A DNA stretch of 64,000 nucleotides, taken from assembly GCA_963676565.1 (NCBI GenBank), contig OY781089.1, forward strand, positions 3,072,001-3,136,000, in the 5' to 3' direction. The notes beneath the pieces are model-generated. The model was not told the origin of the DNA. It worked only from the letters and a program-made list of their open reading frames with translations, and ran no database searches. This DNA comes from Halarcobacter sp. GTDB lineage: Bacteria > Campylobacterota > Campylobacteria > Campylobacterales > Arcobacteraceae. Below are positions 59,495 to 64,000 of the stretch, one piece after another (the stretch's first letter is position 1; each line of letters opens with the position of its first letter). The position numbers and the translations under genes are program-made.

Positions 59495-60007
59495 TTATTT
59501 ACCTTTTAACTTCTTTTTCCATTCTTTTTCAAATTTTTTTCTTTTGATTATTGAAAGGTTTTCTATAAAAAGATGTCCCGCTAGATGTTCCATCTCATGT
59601 TGCCATGCAACAGCTAAAAAGTCTTCACACTCCATAGTTTGTTTTTGACCATCTCTATTATAATATTCAACTATTATATGCTGAGCTCTTTTAACCTCTT
59701 CATTAAATCCAGGTACACTAAGACACCCTTCTACAAAAATTTGAACACCATCTTTATGGGTAATTACAGGATTAATTGCTTCAATTAAATCCTCTTTGTC
59801 TTGAATATCTTCCTCATTTGGAAGATTAATGATTAATACATTTAAAGGGATACCAACTTGAATTGCAGCAAGTCCTACTCCATTTTGATCAATCATTGTT
59901 TCATACATGTCATCTAAAAGAGTATGAAGTTCTTCATCAAACTTCACTACATCTTTAGACTTTGTTCTTAATAATTTATTTGGATATGTTAATACTTCTC
60001 TAATCAT
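59495..60007 (-). CDS. def: Peptide deformylase
   Basis: GVGLAAIQ, EGCLS, QHEMEHL. Confidence 0.97.
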   Translation of the reverse strand: MIREVLTYPNKLLRTKSKDVVKFDEELHTLLDDMYETMIDQNGVGLAAIQVGIPLNVLIINLPNEEDIQDKEDLIEAINPVITHKDGVQIFVEGCLSVPGFNEEVKRAQHIIVEYYNRDGQKQTMECEDFLAVAWQHEMEHLAGHLFIENLSIIKRKKFEKEWKKKLKGK

Positions 60008-60015
60008 TTCAAACT

Positions 60016-60600
60016 TTACTTATGGCTAGTGATAACCTCATCAATTAAACCATATTTACAAGCTTCTTCAGCACTCATAAAGTTATCTCTATCAGTATCT
60101 CTTTCAAGAACTTCTAAAGGTTGCCCTGTTTGTGCTGCTAAGATTTCATTTAATGTATCTTTCATTCTTTGAATCTCTTTAGCTTGAATTTGGATATCTG
60201 TAGCTTGTCCTTGAGCTCCACCTAATGGTTGGTGAATCATTACTCTAGAGTGAGGCAAAGAATATCTTTTACCTTTAACTCCAGAAGATAATAAAAATGC
60301 ACCCATAGATGCAGCTTGCCCAATACAAATTGTACAAACATCAGGTTTAATATAATTCATAGTATCATAAATTGACATACCACTTGTAATTACTCCACCT
60401 GGAGAGTTGATATATAGATAGATATCTTTATCTGGGTCTTCAGCTTCTAAGAATAAAAGCTGAGCAACAATAGATGAAGCAACTTGGTCATTTACCTCAC
60501 CACTTAACATAATAATTCTATCTTTTAGAAGTCTTGAATAAATATCATAACTTCTTTCACCTCTTCCACTTTTTTCAACTACGTATGGTATATAACTCAT
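60016..60600 (-). CDS. clpP: ATP-dependent Clp protease proteolytic subunit
   Basis: [29 protein letters not shown]. Confidence 0.98.
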   Translation of the reverse strand: MSYIPYVVEKSGRGERSYDIYSRLLKDRIIMLSGEVNDQVASSIVAQLLFLEAEDPDKDIYLYINSPGGVITSGMSIYDTMNYIKPDVCTICIGQAASMGAFLLSSGVKGKRYSLPHSRVMIHQPLGGAQGQATDIQIQAKEIQRMKDTLNEILAAQTGQPLEVLERDTDRDNFMSAEEACKYGLIDEVITSHK

Positions 60601-60615
60601 TTTCTTTCCTATTTA

Positions 60616-61920
60616 TTAGTTTCCTAATTTTTCGTCTAATAATTTTGTAATTACTTTATCTTCAATCATAGACATTTTAATAGCAGGTAAATATCCAGCT
60701 TCTTGGTATTGTTTTAATACATCTTGTGGATTTTGACCCATTTGCATTGCCTCATAGTAAATTACTTGAGTAACTTCTTGGTCATTTACCTCTACACCTT
60801 CAGCTTTTGCTAATGCATCAACAATGAAAGTTGCTTTTACAGATTTTTCAGCATCTTCTTTTAATTCATCTCTGATAGTTTCTACTTTTGATGCATCTTC
60901 TTGTAATTCTTTAATCTCGTCTTCTGACATTGATCTAACTTTGTTATTAAGTGCAAAGTTAATCTCTTGATCTACAACAGTTGCAGGTAATGAGAAGTTT
61001 AATTCATTTACTAAAGTATCAAGGTAAGCTGGTTTTAACTCATTTCTATAATAAGTACCTTTTTGCTCAGCTACCATTTGTTCTTTAATTTTTTCTTTTA
61101 ATGCATCAACATTTGCTTCACCATCATAACCTGGTAAGAATTTAGCAGCAAATTCATCGTTGATTTCTGCTGGTACTTTTTCTTGAATCTCATTAAGAGT
61201 TACTTTGAATACAGCTTCTTTTCCAGCTAACTCTTTTGATTGGTATTCAGCAGGGAAAGTAACAGTTACATCTTTTTGCTCTTCATATTTCATACCAATA
61301 ATTTGATCTTCAAATCCTGGGATAAAAGAACCTGAACCAATCTCTAGTGGATATTGTTCACCTTTTCCACCTTCGAATGCAACACCATCAACAAATCCTT
61401 CGAAATCAATTACTGCGAAGTCACCTTCTCTAACCATTCTTTTTCTTTTGATTTTTTCTAATGGAGCAGATTGAGCAGCTAACTCATTTAATCTTTCCTC
61501 AACATCTTTTTCTTCAATCTCTTTTAATTCAACAGCAGGAACTAAAGATTTATAATCACCTAAATCAACATTTGGCTTACAAGCAACTTTGATTTCAATC
61601 TCAATTGAACCATCTTCTTTTTTGTCAAATTTAGCAAATTGTGGTTCACCTACTAAATCTTCGTTAGCGATTTCTAACTCTTTTAAAGCATCACCAAGGA
61701 TAGCTCTAACTGCTTCACCTTCAGCATCTTCTCTTAATTTGTCAGCATATCTTTGTTTTACAACAGATACAGGAACTTTACCTTTTCTAAATCCTTGGAT
61801 ATCCATTGTTTTAGCAGCTTGCTTAGCTACTTTATCAATATTTTGCTCTACAGTTTCTGTAGAAATTGTTGAAGTAATAACAGCATTTGCGTCATCAACT
61901 CTTTTTGCGTTAAATTCCAT
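60616..61920 (-). CDS. tig: Trigger factor
   Basis: GFRKGKVP, FKBP domain FIPGFE..., tig-clpP order. Confidence 0.97.
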   Translation of the reverse strand: MEFNAKRVDDANAVITSTISTETVEQNIDKVAKQAAKTMDIQGFRKGKVPVSVVKQRYADKLREDAEGEAVRAILGDALKELEIANEDLVGEPQFAKFDKKEDGSIEIEIKVACKPNVDLGDYKSLVPAVELKEIEEKDVEERLNELAAQSAPLEKIKRKRMVREGDFAVIDFEGFVDGVAFEGGKGEQYPLEIGSGSFIPGFEDQIIGMKYEEQKDVTVTFPAEYQSKELAGKEAVFKVTLNEIQEKVPAEINDEFAAKFLPGYDGEANVDALKEKIKEQMVAEQKGTYYRNELKPAYLDTLVNELNFSLPATVVDQEINFALNNKVRSMSEDEIKELQEDASKVETIRDELKEDAEKSVKATFIVDALAKAEGVEVNDQEVTQVIYYEAMQMGQNPQDVLKQYQEAGYLPAIKMSMIEDKVITKLLDEKLGN

Positions 61921-62019
61921 TAACTTTACTCCGATTTTTTAGTTTAGCCGTGATTTTATCTTAATTTTAATAAAATAGCCATTAGATATATTTAGACCAA
62001 ATAAAAAGAGTAAAATACT

Positions 62020-63762
62020 TTGCAATTTCTATACCATAATGTGTTATTTTTAATGTTAATTCCGATTTTTTTGTTGATGTTTTTGATTATTTCAAATAAA
62101 GATAGTTTTCAAAAACATTTTTCACAAGATATATTAGAGAAACTTTCAGTTTCAAATAAATATATGGGAAAAACAACAAGGAATATTTTGTTTTTTATAT
62201 CATTAATTTTAATGACAATTGCACTTGCACGCCCAGTTATGAATGAAAAAGAACAATCTTTTAAACAAGAAGTTGCTTCAATTGTTATTGCTATTGATGT
62301 TTCTAGATCAATGCTTGCAAATGATGTTTATCCAAATAGATTAGTAATGGCAAAACAAAAACTTCTTAATATCATAGATGAATCAAAACAAAATGCCCTT
62401 GCAGTTATTTTATTTGCAAAATCATCTTTTATACTTTCACCTGTAACACAAGATTTTAATTCATTAAAAATATTAGTTGAAAATTTAAATACTGGAATGA
62501 ATTTTGATAATGGCTCAAATATTTTTTCAACATTAGAAGCAACAAACAAACTTTTAAAAGATTATGAAAATAAAAATCTACTTCTGTTAACAGATGGGGG
62601 AAATGCAACTTCTTATGAAAAAGAGATTGAATATGCAAATGAACATAATATAAATGTTTATACTATTGCAGTAGCAACAAACAAAGCCTCTGCAATAAAA
62701 CTTGATGATGGAAAATTTTTAACAAAAGATGATGGATCTATTGTAACTGTTTCTTTAAATGAAAACATAAAAAAATTAAGTTTAAATACAAATGGTGGAT
62801 ATATCCACTACTCAATAGATAATAATGACTTAAAACAAATTCTTAATGATATTGAACAAAAATCAGTAAAAAAACAATTAGAAAGTAAGAAATTTAAAAC
62901 CTATACTGAACTATTTTATTATCCTTTAGGACTAGCTATTTTAATACTTTTTATTGCTTTTTCTTCATTACCAAGATTTCTTTCGAAAAATGTTGTAAAG
63001 ACTATAATTTTATCTTTAATTTTTATTTCATCAAATGACTTAAAGGCTTTAGAATTTGATTTTGAAACTATAGAAAAAGCAAAGGAAGCATATGAAAATA
63101 AAAACTTTGAAGAGGCATCAAAGAACTTTGATAAAGTCTTAAATACTCCAGAAGCAAGATATAACTATGCAAACTCTTTATACAAAGAAAAAAAATATAA
63201 AGAGGCTTTAATGCAATATAAAAATGTAATTACTTCTAATAAAAATCTTGAGTATAAAAAGTTGCATAACATGGGAAACTCTTATGTTAAATTAAATGAT
63301 TTAGAAAATGCAAAGAAGATGTACGAAAATGCTTTGAAAATAAAAGCAGATAAAGAAACTAGGGAAAACCTTGAAAAAGTTCAAGATATTTTAGACAAAA
63401 TTAAAAAACAACAAAACAAGAATCAAGAAAATCAAAATAATAAAGATAAAAAAGACAAGAAAAAACAAAAAGAACAAAAAGAACAAAAAGAACAAAAGCA
63501 AGAAAAGCAAAACAAAGATAAAAAAGAAGAGAAAAATAAAGAACAGAATAATAAAGAAGAAAATTCAAAAGATAAACAAAACCAGCAAGATAACAATGAT
63601 GATAAAAAAGAAGAGAATCGAGAAAAGCAAAGTCAAAAACCTGAACAGTTATCAGATTTAGAAGAAAAGAAATGGTTAGAGAGATTAGAGAATAAAAAAT
63701 CCCCAGTATTACTAAAAAAGGTTAAAACCAAGAATGAAGATACCTCTTCTAATCCTTGGTAA
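62020..63762 (+). CDS. VWA + TPR domain protein (BatB/BatC-like) with a Q/K/E-rich tail
   Basis: ALARP, MIDAS DVSRSM, P.R, TDG, TPR segments, low-complexity C-terminus ending in PW. Confidence 0.88.
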   Translation: MQFLYHNVLFLMLIPIFLLMFLIISNKDSFQKHFSQDILEKLSVSNKYMGKTTRNILFFISLILMTIALARPVMNEKEQSFKQEVASIVIAIDVSRSMLANDVYPNRLVMAKQKLLNIIDESKQNALAVILFAKSSFILSPVTQDFNSLKILVENLNTGMNFDNGSNIFSTLEATNKLLKDYENKNLLLLTDGGNATSYEKEIEYANEHNINVYTIAVATNKASAIKLDDGKFLTKDDGSIVTVSLNENIKKLSLNTNGGYIHYSIDNNDLKQILNDIEQKSVKKQLESKKFKTYTELFYYPLGLAILILFIAFSSLPRFLSKNVVKTIILSLIFISSNDLKALEFDFETIEKAKEAYENKNFEEASKNFDKVLNTPEARYNYANSLYKEKKYKEALMQYKNVITSNKNLEYKKLHNMGNSYVKLNDLENAKKMYENALKIKADKETRENLEKVQDILDKIKKQQNKNQENQNNKDKKDKKKQKEQKEQKEQKQEKQNKDKKEEKNKEQNNKEENSKDKQNQQDNNDDKKEENREKQSQKPEQLSDLEEKKWLERLENKKSPVLLKKVKTKNEDTSSNPW

Positions 63763-63769
63763 TTTAGCA

Positions 63770-64000
63770 TTAATAGTTTTGAGATTTTCTCATTTGCATT
63801 AATTCTTTTTGAACAGAAATATTAATATTTTCATTTGGTTCAAAATCTAATTTATAATTTCTTCCATCATAATCAACAGAATTAAGTATAATTTTCATTG
63901 CTTCTTTTCTTGCTTTATGTTTGTCATCACTTCTTACAACATACCATGGCGCTGATCTTGAAGAAGTACGTCTTAGCATCTCATATTTCTTTTCAGAAAA
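63770..64000 (-). CDS. ppk2: Polyphosphate kinase 2, C-terminal fragment (runs off the window edge)
   Basis: Frame open to the window end (FSEKKYEMLRRT...); APWYVVRSDDKHKAR motif. Confidence 0.8.
   Translation of the reverse strand, partial: FSEKKYEMLRRTSSRSAPWYVVRSDDKHKARKEAMKIILNSVDYDGRNYKLDFEPNENINISVQKELMQMRKSQNY

Noticed and set aside
63400..63650. CAAAAAGAA tandem repeats as a CRISPR array or contingency locus
   Set aside because: In-frame 9-bp units encoding the usual Q/K/E-rich linker of BatB/BatC-like proteins; there are no spacers.

Overview
AT-rich bacterial chromosomal window, probably Campylobacterota and most likely Arcobacteraceae, judged from gene content, TG-extended TATAAT promoters and the style of its sensor kinases. 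Housekeeping genes are purH, purL, mgtE, folE, era, comM/yifB, def, clpP, tig and a partial ppk2. Other loci: a NosL-domain/ABC-transporter metal-handling cluster with no nosZ, an Amt-GGDEF fusion, an ArnT/GT2 envelope-modification trio and a short T2SS/competence operon. Between mgtE and folE (about 21.7-50.2 kb) is a respiratory accessory region with no mobility genes. It holds two paralogous FccABC-like modules (Tat flavoprotein, tetraheme cytochrome c, NapC/NirT), each ending in its own ribA-ribB pair. One module carries a DddY-type DMSP lyase, the other a porin. Between them lies an anchor-less Tat molybdoenzyme operon (cytochrome c, TorD-type chaperone, catalytic subunit, 4x[4Fe-4S] subunit). 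The strongest novel signal is the last gene of that operon. Its TGA at 39969 is followed by a SECIS-like hairpin, 18 more sense codons, a TAA and only then the terminator, so it is a candidate unannotated periplasmic selenoprotein. Also notable: a double-hairpin element repeated three times inside the Fcc operons, a palindrome shared by both fccA promoters, a duplicated extended -10 promoter, and a T2SS-operon lead gene that appears to lack a canonical start codon. No rRNA, tRNA, CRISPR array, transposase or integrase was recognised.
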